Source: a virus
Reading direction: 5' to 3' (one strand)
Virus record (IMG/VR): IMGVR_UViG_3300047666_001259
Coordinates: 41,909 to 105,908 of that record
Length of the DNA stretch: 64,000 bases
The notes under the pieces are model-generated. The model saw nothing but the letters and a program-made list of their open reading frames with translations. It searched no databases and was not told where the DNA came from. The translations under genes were made by a program, and so were the position numbers. Shown here piece after piece: positions 1 to 10,023 of this stretch. How positions within the stretch are numbered: position 1 is the first letter of the stretch; each line of letters begins with the position of its first letter.

Positions 1-2781
1 CAATAACCTTGTTCTCATGTGATAGGTCGGTATTGCGTTTTCGTCACCTCCCGTATGGTTTAAAGATACTATAGGGACTGAGAACCCTTCTGGCCCTTCG
101 GCTTTCAAGTTATTTCCCCCATTATAAAGAGTGATATTTTTCCAAACTAAACCGTATCTTGCTTTAGTGTATTTAAAGTCATCAAAATCAAATACTGCAT
201 TTGTCGGAAGGATTAACTCTAAGTGATTAAATGATCCAAATAAACCAAAAGGTATTGGGTATGATTGATTTGGGGTTAAAGTAATCATGCCCATAATATC
301 CACATCGACAACTCCTTTATTAGTGATTTCTAACGTCATAGCTTGCATGGTAAGCATATTACCCTCACTATCATTTGACCAGAACTTTCTACCTCCAGCG
401 CCTCCATCGTTTTTCGTCTGTGGTCTTAATCTATTTCCTGACTTACCTCTTTGAGCGTAAAACTTTCCGAACTTCAATTTTACAAACTGAGAAATTGGCA
501 CTGGGTCTGGTGAAACCAAGTTATAAGGAGATGGGTCTAATATTCTATAAATATCTAAAGAACCCTCTCTAATATTAGGGGAGTTTCCCATTTCTAAAGC
601 AATTCTTCTTCCATCTTCAAAATTTTCAAAACTAATTGAATTACTATAAGGAGCAACGGAAGTGTAGTAGCTAGTAGTAGCTTCGCTCTCTGAGACTGTT
701 AAGTTTGGTCTGTCAGTATCGTTTTCTAACATAGCCTCTGAACCTCCCCACCAAGGGTAACTAAACACTCTCGGCATACCTTCGGGTCTTAACCAATACC
801 CGTACCCACACTCAACTCTCTGATATTTCTCCCCATTTAAAACAGATGAGACACCATTATCAATCGGAAACAAAACATTTGGTTTATAACCGTTGGCATA
901 CATTTCATTCTGGTTAACTCCTTGTTCGTACTTATATAGATAATTTTGGGTCACTGTCTTAGAAAAATTGTTCTTAAACCAATTTAAACTAGCCCCAACA
1001 CCTCCATCATAAGAAACCCCATAGCCTCCCGTACCACCCAAGCCAGAATCTGAATTTTCATCACTAAAGTCAGCAAACTGCCTTCCAACTAGATCACCAT
1101 CTATATACTTTGGTCGTTCAATATATTTTTTACCTTCCTCACTAAGAAGGTTGAAGTCAGGATTCATTACCACAGGCACTTTTGGAATGCTATATTTTTC
1201 TGGATACAAAGGACTCCAAGGTTTTTCGTAAGGAAAGAACCCCTCAACACCAACTGATCCTGCGTTTGGTGTTGAGTAAGATGTATTGTTTCTGTTTAGA
1301 TTAAAATGATCTCTTGTTGCATACTCAACCTCATCGAGATGAGTTTTTTCTAACCCTGTATGTCTAAATACGGCATCCTTAGAAATGTATTGTTGCGATA
1401 TCTGATAACCAGCTAGCCAAACTCCTCTCTTGCCAGTTGGGTTTCCATTAGCATCAGTTCTAAACCCGTCAGGGTCATACATATTAGCTGGAATCTTAAA
1501 AGCATGATATCCTTTAGTTCTAAATTCAGCATTCTTTTTTCTTTGAGCAAACTCATTATACCAAAATATTCTTGAATCCTCATCACGGTCATACATGTTG
1601 TGGATTTCAACAATTTCTTTATTTTTGATTGGATAACCTTCTTGAGACATATCTCTAACTGAAAAAGTTAGTGGTGAATTATAGCCTTTAGCCTGTAATT
1701 CCTCAATAGCTTTTCCTTCAAAAGAAATTGGAGTTGTAAAAAAGGTAACCCATTTTCTTAAATCTAGATTCACATCAATATTTACTTCCGTATAACCTGT
1801 TTGAAATGAACCCCAGTTTGGAATAATATCTAACGGAATCTGACGGTAGAACAAACTAGGAATAGTATCTAAGTTTGGTTCGTCATTTACTGGGAATGGG
1901 AAATTGTTCAAAGCAATCTCATCCTTCGTTAGTCCTTGTTTAAATAAATCTACTTCAAACAACATTACTTGACTTCCTGTCGGAACATTGTTTAGAATGA
2001 ACTCCCCATTATCGTTGGTGTATGTGAAGTGTTTGTAGTGAGAAGGGATAGTGTCAAACTCGCTACCACTTCTTAGATATTCTGAATTGTCTTGATTAAA
2101 AGACTGAGGGTCAAAGTACTCGTCTGGACTTGAACCTTCTTTTAGGTTTAAAGTAATTCTGTCACCTTGAGAATCTAAAGCTCCGAGTCTTGGGAACTGA
2201 GTTGAAGGCACAAAAACACCAACTGGCACATTGGCTAGTGGAATCCTTATTTTATTCCCTATTTCGTCTCTAATTGGCTGTAAAGCATTAAGAGTCCCCA
2301 TTAGAGTCCCCGTGTCTGCCTCTTGATCAGGTAAGCTGTTGGTGAGATTATTGTAAACGTCAAGCGTATTTAAAAAATCTCTTGATCTAACAAGTTTTGT
2401 TGTAACAAATAAATCATCAATCTCTGCATCGTGAAAAAAGACAAACGACTTTGAGTCTCCCCCAAATCTTATGCTCATCTCTTCTAAAAAAGTTAATTTG
2501 AATGCATTTTTATCCTCCTCGTTAAAAACGAAATTATAAGCATTCGCATAACTATGTCCTGTGTAATATTGATCGAACTCAGTTGGTCGTACTAAATTAT
2601 TTTGAGAGTTTCTCAACCAAACCTCGTTTCCATCAAATTGATTTACGTATTGTGGAACACCCTGTTGATTCAACAGGACAATCGAAGGCACACTATCTTT
2701 CTCACCCAACGGTATTTTGGTGTCGAAAAACACTACTGTTGTTCCTGTGCGTGACTTTTTAAGTAAAATTTCCTCTTGCAT
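1..2781 (-). CDS. Large virion structural protein (baseplate/tail-associated), 3' end runs off the window
   Basis: Absent from the ORF track. ATG at 2781 (MQEEILLKKSRTG...), frame open where checked, including the left edge. Contains YTNDNGEFILNNVPTG...EVDL, typical of the conserved protein next to baseplate genes in large Bacteroidota phages. Preceded by TATTTAT. Confidence 0.7.
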   Translation of the reverse strand, partial: MQEEILLKKSRTGTTVVFFDTKIPLGEKDSVPSIVLLNQQGVPQYVNQFDGNEVWLRNSQNNLVRPTEFDQYYTGHSYANAYNFVFNEEDKNAFKLTFLEEMSIRFGGDSKSFVFFHDAEIDDLFVTTKLVRSRDFLNTLDVYNNLTNSLPDQEADTGTLMGTLNALQPIRDEIGNKIRIPLANVPVGVFVPSTQFPRLGALDSQGDRITLNLKEGSSPDEYFDPQSFNQDNSEYLRSGSEFDTIPSHYKHFTYTNDNGEFILNNVPTGSQVMLFEVDLFKQGLTKDEIALNNFPFPVNDEPNLDTIPSLFYRQIPLDIIPNWGSFQTGYTEVNIDVNLDLRKWVTFFTTPISFEGKAIEELQAKGYNSPLTFSVRDMSQEGYPIKNKEIVEIHNMYDRDEDSRIFWYNEFAQRKKNAEFRTKGYHAFKIPANMYDPDGFRTDANGNPTGKRGVWLAGYQISQQYISKDAVFRHTGLEKTHLDEVEYATRDHFNLNRNNTSYSTPNAGSVGVEGFFPYEKPWSPLYPEKYSIPKVPVVMNPDFNLLSEEGKKYIERPKYIDGDLVGRQFADFSDENSDSGLGGTGGYGVSYDGGVGASLNWFKNNFSKTVTQNYLYKYEQGVNQNEMYANGYKPNVLFPIDNGVSSVLNGEKYQRVECGYGYWLRPEGMPRVFSYPWWGGSEAMLENDTDRPNLTVSESEATTSYYTSVAPYSNSISFENFEDGRRIALEMGNSPNIREGSLDIYRILDPSPYNLVSPDPVPISQFVKLKFGKFYAQRGKSGNRLRPQTKNDGGAGGRKFWSNDSEGNMLTMQAMTLEITNKGVVDVDIMGMITLTPNQSYPIPFGLFGSFNHLELILPTNAVFDFDDFKYTKARYGLVWKNITLYNGGNNLKAEGPEGFSVPIVSLNHTGGDENAIPTYHMRTRLL

Positions 2782-2906
2782 TTTGTACTTTGTCTTTGAT
2801 ATAAATAATACATGTTAAATTTCTGAAAGTAAAGAATTTTAATTATCTTTGATTTATTATGAGAAGCTAGCGTATTAAAAAAACAAAAATTTGAAGAAAT
2901 ATCATA

Positions 2907-3086
2907 ATGGAACTATCAAAAATAAATAATGTAGTTTTTGAAAACATTGATTTCAATGACTACCCAGATTACTCAGATGCTTATATATTTAGTGCTGACT
3001 ATGACGGAAAACCAATGAGTAAAATAGAATTAGATTCACTTCCTAGCGAGTGGGTTTATGAACTGTTAATCAAACAATTAGACTAA
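2907..3086 (+). CDS. Small acidic phage protein (59 aa)
   Basis: Hand-translated MELSKINNVVFENIDFNDYPDYSDAYIFSADYDGKPMS...; lies downstream of the TATCTTTG box at 2844. Confidence 0.65.
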   Translation: MELSKINNVVFENIDFNDYPDYSDAYIFSADYDGKPMSKIELDSLPSEWVYELLIKQLD

Positions 3087-3087
3087 A

Positions 3088-3516
3088 ATGGAATTAACAG
3101 AACAAGACAGGCAAGACCTTAAAGTAGAAATAGATCACATTTTTGACTCAGGAGCAAATAATATTCGTTTATCTGAAATGATGGATAGATTTATCTCTCA
3201 AAAAACAGGCTCTTTAGATGTAAATTGCTTGGGCGAAACTCAAGATATGGAGTACTTAGAGAAGAATCTCCTTGCCTCTTTAAAGAAATTACCGCATGAA
3301 ATAAAATATCCAGAAGTAGATGGATTTTATAAGCACTATAAAGGTGGGGTGTATAAATTCATGTCTATGTCTGAACATACAGAGACAGGAGAAAAATTAG
3401 TCATTTACCAATCTTTATTATTCGGAAGTATCTACGCTAGACCTTTAGAAATTTGGAATGAAAGTGTAAATGTTGGATCAGAAGTAGTGCCGAGGTTCAA
3501 AAAAATGACTACTTAA
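3088..3516 (+). CDS. DUF1653-domain protein
   Basis: C-terminal YKHYKGGVY...HTETGEKLVIYQSL...YARPLEIW...RF motif. Confidence 0.8.
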   Translation: MELTEQDRQDLKVEIDHIFDSGANNIRLSEMMDRFISQKTGSLDVNCLGETQDMEYLEKNLLASLKKLPHEIKYPEVDGFYKHYKGGVYKFMSMSEHTETGEKLVIYQSLLFGSIYARPLEIWNESVNVGSEVVPRFKKMTT

Positions 3517-3520
3517 AATT

Positions 3521-3709
3521 ATGAAATGCGAAAAACATAAGAAAGGCATGATTGTACTTCATGCTTTCTCAGAAGGTGAATGTATTATTTGTGATACTCA
3601 TATTGACACTGCCCACATTCCCTGCGATTTGGTTTGTCAAAAATGTAGTGAAGAAAAAAACTTATGCCATATTTGTGGTGAATCTACTGCTTGCCCTGAC
3701 AAGCAATAA
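3521..3709 (+). CDS. Small Cys-rich (Zn-binding) protein
   Basis: Multiple CxxC/CxxH motifs in 62 aa. Confidence 0.6.
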   Translation: MKCEKHKKGMIVLHAFSEGECIICDTHIDTAHIPCDLVCQKCSEEKNLCHICGESTACPDKQ

Positions 3710-4019
3710 CATCATCTAGCTCCTTCTTTATAGTTTCCATATATGATGCATCGAAAACATCATAAAAGAATCCTATCCTCATTGTGTGATAGGAGTTGTT
3801 TATAATATTTTTAAATTCTCTCTGATTATCTTGCTCATACCTTTGAAATGAATCCTTAGAATCTAGGACTTCAACAGGAAATCTATGAAAAAATAACTCA
3901 AAATGATCTCCACATTCTTCTTGTAATTCAACCATTTCATTATAAGTACAGTCCGTAGGCTTAACGGTAGAGCCTAAAGTCAAACAAAAAATCAACAGTA
4001 TAAAGATTGATAGCTTCAT
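3684..4019 (-). CDS. Hypothetical secreted/membrane protein
   Basis: Hydrophobic N-terminus; coupled to the stop of the wedge gene. Confidence 0.5.
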   Translation of the reverse strand: MKLSIFILLIFCLTLGSTVKPTDCTYNEMVELQEECGDHFELFFHRFPVEVLDSKDSFQRYEQDNQREFKNIINNSYHTMRIGFFYDVFDASYMETIKKELDDVIACQGKQ

Positions 4020-5890
4020 TATAAAGAAGCTACACGGATTGAAACATCTTTTGCTACATCCATAATCTCGAACATCACCAAAGGTAAACCTCTTACTGAA
4101 TTGTCTAGTAAGTCAATCTCAGTAATATAACCCCCTGTTTCAGGAATCAATTGTGTGTTTGATCCAGCTTGTGGGTGAAGAGTTTCTGAATAACCACCAT
4201 CTTGCATGTTGAAGAACTTAATCTCGACAACGTTAATCACGCCCGGTACCTCTCGGAGGGTGTCTACAATTTGAGATACGTAAATATGCTCATTCATTTC
4301 CCATTTTTCTACATCAAAGAAATCGTTAATCTCTTTCACTGTAGCTTGCTTAATCTCTTTTGAATTAAAGTTATCTCCATCAATCAACAGATCAACATTT
4401 ATTCTAAGATTTATAATCTTTCCATCGTTGATCTCAACAAAGTCGTTTATCATTCTGTAACGAGAAATGTAATTAATCAAATTGTCTTTAATTCTATCGG
4501 TTGAAGGAGATACTAGTTTTCCATTTCCAGCTCTGGAAATGATATGCATGATTACCTTATTCTCATCAACTTCAGCTGCAATTCTAAATGGTGATCCGAA
4601 TTTTCCATCAATCTGATAGGCACGAGATGTGTAATCCCTGAGAGTAACACATCTCTCTTGAGCTGCGTGGTTAGCTGCTGTGTTGCTGACGATTTCTTCA
4701 ACAGAAGGCAATCCTCTACCCCCAAGAGCTGGAAATGGGTTACTTACTCTTGTTGAAGCTACGACTGCATCGTTAGTTCCTTGGTCGATTCCCGGGTTGG
4801 TTGAGTTGATATTACTAACCTCCTGTAAAACATTTGCCCCAACATTAGAAGTCAAACCCCCACCAGCTCTATACTTTACATAAACAGTACAATTTGCAGG
4901 TAATTTTTTTCCTAAAGCCTTATTATCTAGTACATCTCCAATATTGATCGCACTCTGAGGCTTGAAAGGATTTTCAACCCCAATCAATGAGTCCAAATAA
5001 TTCTCATAAGCATCATACGACTCTACGCCACCACCAAAAGTAATCCTACAAGAACCGTCTGCTAAAAATTCTTTCTCAAACCTTCTAGGAACTTCTTTCC
5101 AATATCCTTGGAAATTTCCATTTGCATCTTGAACATCTGATTGCTTAAAAAATAAATCATCAGTCGGAAGAAAGTCTACTTCATACCATTTAATCGAATC
5201 GTTGTTGAAATCTGAAAATGTTGGATTAGAATCCAACCCTAACTGCTCGTATATGATTATAGAATCTACATGAAGAACATTCTTATCAGGGATATTGAAT
5301 TTATAGAAAGGCTTATTGCCATCAGTAATTTCTCTTTTTATGATCTTAGTAACCCCTGCCTTAACCTTTTCTCTCTTTACGATTTGATATCTAAGAAGTT
5401 GTTGGTTCTGGTTTAAAACCTCATTAATAACTCTGTTTGGTATTCCGTCTTCCGAGAAGTCAGAAGAAAAATCTATATCTTCAAGAGTTTCAAAAACTTG
5501 ACCACCACCAGCAACCCTTAACCCTGAACGGTATATTGGTAAATATGAAGTGTCTGGCCCGTCAGAGGTAGCTGGTACATCAATGATTATATCAACAACT
5601 GTTACCGCAGGGCGTACACCCGGCACCCTATAACCTTTGGTTTTTGCCAACCTATAAGCATCAACTCTTTGACGAACTCCGTCTAAAAACAGTGAGTTGA
5701 ATTTTTTGTCCGCAAGGTGAGAAAGAAGATCACCAACATAGGCATTCAAGTCGAGTATTGCCATGCCCGGTGATGCTACATTGAAATCTTGCCACTCATC
5801 TGGATAAAAGGCTTTTAGATAATTCTCCAAATCTGTTCTAATGGAAGAAAAATTTCTACTTAAATAATTAACTTGTACTTGATCTGACAT
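4019..5890 (-). CDS. Baseplate wedge subunit (T4 gp6 / baseplate J-like)
   Basis: N-terminal YLSRNFSSIRTDL...LDLNAYVGDLLS; FGGG; YRAGGG..SNV; AAQERCVTLRDY; C-terminal VPGVINV. Confidence 0.9.
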   Translation of the reverse strand: MSDQVQVNYLSRNFSSIRTDLENYLKAFYPDEWQDFNVASPGMAILDLNAYVGDLLSHLADKKFNSLFLDGVRQRVDAYRLAKTKGYRVPGVRPAVTVVDIIIDVPATSDGPDTSYLPIYRSGLRVAGGGQVFETLEDIDFSSDFSEDGIPNRVINEVLNQNQQLLRYQIVKREKVKAGVTKIIKREITDGNKPFYKFNIPDKNVLHVDSIIIYEQLGLDSNPTFSDFNNDSIKWYEVDFLPTDDLFFKQSDVQDANGNFQGYWKEVPRRFEKEFLADGSCRITFGGGVESYDAYENYLDSLIGVENPFKPQSAINIGDVLDNKALGKKLPANCTVYVKYRAGGGLTSNVGANVLQEVSNINSTNPGIDQGTNDAVVASTRVSNPFPALGGRGLPSVEEIVSNTAANHAAQERCVTLRDYTSRAYQIDGKFGSPFRIAAEVDENKVIMHIISRAGNGKLVSPSTDRIKDNLINYISRYRMINDFVEINDGKIINLRINVDLLIDGDNFNSKEIKQATVKEINDFFDVEKWEMNEHIYVSQIVDTLREVPGVINVVEIKFFNMQDGGYSETLHPQAGSNTQLIPETGGYITEIDLLDNSVRGLPLVMFEIMDVAKDVSIRVASL

Positions 5891-5903
5891 CTTCTTTTGT
5901 TTT

Positions 5904-6293
5904 TTAAACTACTGGGTTTTGAAATTGGAATGACAAATTTATCTCGTCTTCCAGTGAATTGAATACAACTATGCTGTAAACAAATCTCACTTTCAAAACG
6001 TAAGTGTTTTCATCAAATTCAAAGATTAATTCTTCTAATTTAATTTCTGGAATTACATCCTCTATAACTTGCCTAACTTCGGCTTCTAGCATATCCTCAG
6101 TAATATCATCCCAAGGATCAAAAATATAGTTATAGAAAGGTGAATAAACGTTAGAGCGCATGGGACGCTGACCCGGTTTCGTAGTCATCAACGAAATCAA
6201 GTTTGTCTTAATCGCATCTCTGGTGGTTTTTGTGGTTTGAAACCTACCTCCTTGAGAAGAGTCATTAAACGGAAAAGCTATGCCTATATTCAT
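5904..6293 (-). CDS. Baseplate protein gp25 / GPW family
   Basis: IGIAFPF...AIKTNLISLMTTKPGQRPMRS motif; start moved to ATG 6293. Confidence 0.85.
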   Translation of the reverse strand: MNIGIAFPFNDSSQGGRFQTTKTTRDAIKTNLISLMTTKPGQRPMRSNVYSPFYNYIFDPWDDITEDMLEAEVRQVIEDVIPEIKLEELIFEFDENTYVLKVRFVYSIVVFNSLEDEINLSFQFQNPVV

Positions 6294-6365
6294 TTTTATA
6301 CCTTTGTATTCATAATGTAAATAATGCAGCAAAAAAAATAAACTAATTAAATCTTTTTGCCACAG

Positions 6366-6372
6366 TATTTAT
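6366..6372 (+). promoter_or_regulatory. Putative late promoter TATTTAT (also 40506, 51913 on +; 2801, 11730, 16563, 18863, 29245, 31382, 57347 on -)
   Basis: On the coding strand 4-30 nt upstream of structural and putative late genes. Confidence 0.65.
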
Positions 6373-6386
6373 AATAAAAGTTCACA

Positions 6387-7805
6387 ATGGGAATCTACAG
6401 AATATATCCTTCCTCATCAAACACTATTGCTAACGGTAGGTATGCTACATACAACTCTAGCCAGAATGCCGTAGCCAATTTGTGGTATGGAGGTGGAATG
6501 GGTGCAAACACCTCTTTCCGTCAAAATACTTACAGTAGATTTATGATGCAATTTGACCTATCTACTTTAATGCAAAATTTTGCAGACAAGACAATTGTTT
6601 CTGGAAGTGTATCTTCTTATAAATTAAAAATGACCAGTACTGTTGTAGGTGGTCGTGAATTAGAGAGGGAGGGAAGGATTGCAAAGTTAGATGCAGTTAT
6701 TGCTACGTCTTATGACCTTCTTGCTTTTCCGATCAATAAAGATTGGGATGAAGGTAGGGGTTATGATATTCTAGAATCTGAATTTGTATTTACCCAATAT
6801 GGTGTTCCTAGAATTACTGGTTACTCAAACTGGAATTCGGCAACGACCCTAACCGCTTGGGATGAAGATGGAATTTTTGAAGACCCATCAGCTTCTACAA
6901 TTAACAACGCTACTCAACATTTTGCTTTAGGAAACGAGGATATTAATATGGACGTTACAGACATAGTTAGCTCTTGGGTTGACGCATCGGCTGCAAACAA
7001 CGGTGTAGCGCTATCGTTTTTACGTCCCTACGAGCTTATAAGCTCCGATACACAGAGTTTCACGTCTTTCTTTACCCAACACACCAATACAGCTTTAAAG
7101 CCTCATATAGAGGTTAATTTCGATCAATTGATTGAAGATGATCGTTTGTATGTTTCTAATAATAGAACATCCAAGCTTTACCTCTACACTTTTAGTGGTG
7201 ATTCACCAGCAAACTATGTATCAATTGGGTCGGTTGATATCACCGACAACGCTGGAACTGTAATTTATTCTGGTTTACCTGTCAATCAAACTGAAAGAGG
7301 AGTTTATTATGTGGAAGTTCTAATGAGTGGAGCTACTAGAGGTCAGAAATATAAAGACGTATGGAATGACGTTGTATTTAATGCAGGAGTAGACTCAACA
7401 ACATTTACTCAAACATTTACAATTAAAGATAATTACTACCAAAGAACTCCTTCGGTAAATGATTATTCAGTTGATATTTATGGAATTGAAAATGGTCAGA
7501 AAATTGTAACGGGAGACAAAGTGAAAATCTTCTGCGATCTTAGGTCAAACTACCAATCTTTTAAAGCTCCTTCTAATCCATTTAGAATGTTTTATAGAAT
7601 TGTGATGAATTCACAAGTAGAGGTTGTGCCTTGGAGTCAAGTGAATAGAATCGTTACGGATAATTGTCTTTCTCACTATATTGATCTAGATACTATTTGG
7701 TTGCTTCACAACCAAAATTATAGAGTTGAATTTAAAATGCAAGAGTACGGAACCAACAGAAGGCTTCCTGAAACTCTTGAGTTTAAAGTAATTAACCCTT
7801 TTTAA
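6387..7805 (+). CDS. Virion structural protein (DNRLRE-like N-terminal domain)
   Basis: SRFMMQFD, WDEGRG, MDVTDIVSSW..NNG, HTNT..PHIEV motifs; late-type TATTTAT upstream. Confidence 0.65.
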   Translation: MGIYRIYPSSSNTIANGRYATYNSSQNAVANLWYGGGMGANTSFRQNTYSRFMMQFDLSTLMQNFADKTIVSGSVSSYKLKMTSTVVGGRELEREGRIAKLDAVIATSYDLLAFPINKDWDEGRGYDILESEFVFTQYGVPRITGYSNWNSATTLTAWDEDGIFEDPSASTINNATQHFALGNEDINMDVTDIVSSWVDASAANNGVALSFLRPYELISSDTQSFTSFFTQHTNTALKPHIEVNFDQLIEDDRLYVSNNRTSKLYLYTFSGDSPANYVSIGSVDITDNAGTVIYSGLPVNQTERGVYYVEVLMSGATRGQKYKDVWNDVVFNAGVDSTTFTQTFTIKDNYYQRTPSVNDYSVDIYGIENGQKIVTGDKVKIFCDLRSNYQSFKAPSNPFRMFYRIVMNSQVEVVPWSQVNRIVTDNCLSHYIDLDTIWLLHNQNYRVEFKMQEYGTNRRLPETLEFKVINPF

Positions 7806-8184
7806 TAGCGGCTCTAGGCTCAAGGTCTCCTTGTAACATTCTCCTAAGGGAGCTAACAATGTCTTCTTCAAATTGTTTTACGTAATCCTGCGCCTCATTG
7901 CAATAGCTGGAAATAATCTCATAATTTCTATAAGAACTATCTGATTCAATTCCCCACAATACTCTGATCCCAGTTTCTTTAGACAAAACTTGTAAATCCA
8001 TTATGTAAATTTTGTTGGAATCTTTTAGGCTTGATTTATCTAATTCTTCGAAGAAAGGAATCACCTCTTCCTCAACTTCTAAACAATCATTGTCGCTAAA
8101 AAAAACAAAGTTAACTTTATAGTTTTTTATTAAGCGCTTTATATCTCTTTTACTTGAATCCGTTATCTCGTAGTTCTGTTTCAT
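7792..8184 (-). CDS. Hypothetical protein
   Basis: ORF track; ATG 8184 preferred as start. Confidence 0.5.
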   Translation of the reverse strand: MKQNYEITDSSKRDIKRLIKNYKVNFVFFSDNDCLEVEEEVIPFFEELDKSSLKDSNKIYIMDLQVLSKETGIRVLWGIESDSSYRNYEIISSYCNEAQDYVKQFEEDIVSSLRRMLQGDLEPRAAIKKG

Positions 8185-8389
8185 TTGGGTATCCTGTTTT
8201 TTTGTAACACGTTGTACAATACTTGTAGACATTGTTGCTCTCCCCAAATTTAAGCATTTTTTCTGAATGATTACAATCATTTTGAAAAATAGTTAATTCT
8301 TCTTGAAGAATCGCCATCTGCTTTATAATTTCAGAACACCTTTCATGCCTGTTTACTTTTTGAACCTTAGGTTCGCTATTCTTTCTCAT
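8150..8389 (-). CDS. Small protein with Cys/His (Zn-ribbon-like) motifs
   Basis: CNH...CTTC. Confidence 0.55.
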   Translation of the reverse strand: MRKNSEPKVQKVNRHERCSEIIKQMAILQEELTIFQNDCNHSEKMLKFGESNNVYKYCTTCYKKTGYPNETELRDNGFK

Positions 8390-8462
8390 GTGAGTCTAAA
8401 ATACTGTAATGATAAGTACATTATAGATTTTTCTAACTCTTATGTTTCCAAAAGGAAAGGTT

Positions 8463-9398
8463 TTAGTTTATTCTTACATAAGAAGAAATTATTCTCTGCA
8501 ATTCCCCATCAACAGTGTATCTTGAGAGCTGTTCTGATAGAGACGTTGGAGCTAATGGGCTTTGTGGAGTGTGAATATGAGTCAACAACAACCTGATCAT
8601 CAAATCAAGCAATTTAATCAACTCATCACCTTTAACGGAAGGGCTTAATGAGTTAGCTAAATCTCCAAAAGAACTTAAATTATCATTTTTCTCAAACTTC
8701 GCAATACTCTTGTCTCTAAATTTACCTAAATGAGAATATAGATTAATTACTGTTGATGTAAGGTCAGATTTCGAATAAGCTTTTAACTCAACATCTTCAT
8801 CAGTGTTTTCTTTTTGAGAAATACTAAGGAAAGCAGGTGTTTTGGTGTTTGGTTGTAAAGTTCCTTTTTCAAAAGCTCCCGCCACCAGTCTAACTTCTTT
8901 TGATTTCAGTATTACCCAAGCATCATCACGACCTTCTAATCCTACATCAAAACCTTTAGGGATATCTAAATTACTTAAATCTTTACTTGAAATCTGAGCT
9001 TTAGAATTTGTAGCTGTATCCTTATATATGTTCTTAGCACTAGAATAGGATTCAATCTTGTGTTGAAATTGAGAAGTGTGGACTGGCCCTGACCAGTATC
9101 TGATTCCCGTATTATTCTTTGGGTCTTCTAAAAATACAAAGACCATTTCACCTACTCTAGGTTTAGAATAAATAAAAGAACTCTTCAAAGGTACACACCA
9201 AGGAAGTTCATTGACATTCTTAGCCAAACGATCACGATCATCAATCCTTACTTTGATCCTACCTTGAGCCAAAGGGTCATCAACAAACTCTACTTTAGCA
9301 GGGTAGACGTTTCTAAAATTAGCATCACCCTTGCTTGAGTAGCTTTTTTGACCCTGAATATTCAGGTTATGTCGCATCTGCTCATCAAATCCACTCAT
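8463..9398 (-). CDS. Baseplate hub/spike, gp5 / VgrG OB-fold
   Basis: VDDPLAQGRIKVRI...LPWCVPL...PRVGEMVFV OB-fold signature; C-terminal HIHT metal-binding spike motif. Confidence 0.85.
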   Translation of the reverse strand: MSGFDEQMRHNLNIQGQKSYSSKGDANFRNVYPAKVEFVDDPLAQGRIKVRIDDRDRLAKNVNELPWCVPLKSSFIYSKPRVGEMVFVFLEDPKNNTGIRYWSGPVHTSQFQHKIESYSSAKNIYKDTATNSKAQISSKDLSNLDIPKGFDVGLEGRDDAWVILKSKEVRLVAGAFEKGTLQPNTKTPAFLSISQKENTDEDVELKAYSKSDLTSTVINLYSHLGKFRDKSIAKFEKNDNLSSFGDLANSLSPSVKGDELIKLLDLMIRLLLTHIHTPQSPLAPTSLSEQLSRYTVDGELQRIISSYVRIN

Positions 9399-9607
9399 TA
9401 CAATTGATTTATTAGTTCACTATGATTGTGACTTAGTTTATTTAAATCCTCAATACTCTTTACTACCGCTAAACGAATAATTTCCTTTTTTTCAATAGTT
9501 TCCTCTTTATCAAGGTCATCACACATCTCAAGGATTAAGTCCCTCAGAGATATAATTTCTTTTTCAACATTCTTTGCTGATTTTAATATTTTATCTTTTC
9601 CGATCAT
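9398..9607 (-). CDS. Hypothetical protein
   Basis: ORF in a translationally coupled operon. Confidence 0.5.
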   Translation of the reverse strand: MIGKDKILKSAKNVEKEIISLRDLILEMCDDLDKEETIEKKEIIRLAVVKSIEDLNKLSHNHSELINQL

Positions 9608-10014
9608 CTTGCTATTCCAATTCCAGTGTGAGGTGCAATTGTGGCTCCAACTACTGAGATTGGCCCACCTGCATTAGCTCCGTTTGCATTTAACAAAGCT
9701 CCTTGATCTAATACTACATCAACTCTCATTTGACCTTGAAGGTGGTCAACAACTTCTTCGCACATCACTTTTACAAATGCCTCGAATACATTTGGTGTTC
9801 CGTCAGCAAGAACTCCTGTAGGGATTCCCGCTTCATCAAATCTTGAAACTATGGAAGAAGAAAGTAGTTGAGAGTTCAGCCCGGGTCTACCCTTTGCCAT
9901 CAATATCTGTCCAATAGAAAGTCTAGGGACAGGAATCCTATCCTCTTCCAACATGAACAAAAGAAAGTTTGCCACCTCCTCTGATTTATTTAATCCTTGA
10001 TCTATTTTTAACAT
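9604..10014 (-). CDS. Putative baseplate/spike-associated structural protein
   Basis: RPGL...AGIPTG...GANAGGP motif; adjacent to gp5-like gene. Confidence 0.55.
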   Translation of the reverse strand: MLKIDQGLNKSEEVANFLLFMLEEDRIPVPRLSIGQILMAKGRPGLNSQLLSSSIVSRFDEAGIPTGVLADGTPNVFEAFVKVMCEEVVDHLQGQMRVDVVLDQGALLNANGANAGGPISVVGATIAPHTGIGIAR

Positions 10015-10023
10015 CTTGTTTTT

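Noticed and set aside
375-1613. ORF-track calls 375..572 and 1413..1613, and similar short antisense or nested ORFs (e.g. 4680, 10730, 27269, 30202, 49350, 58580)
   Set aside because: They are shadow frames overlapping longer, motif-bearing genes.
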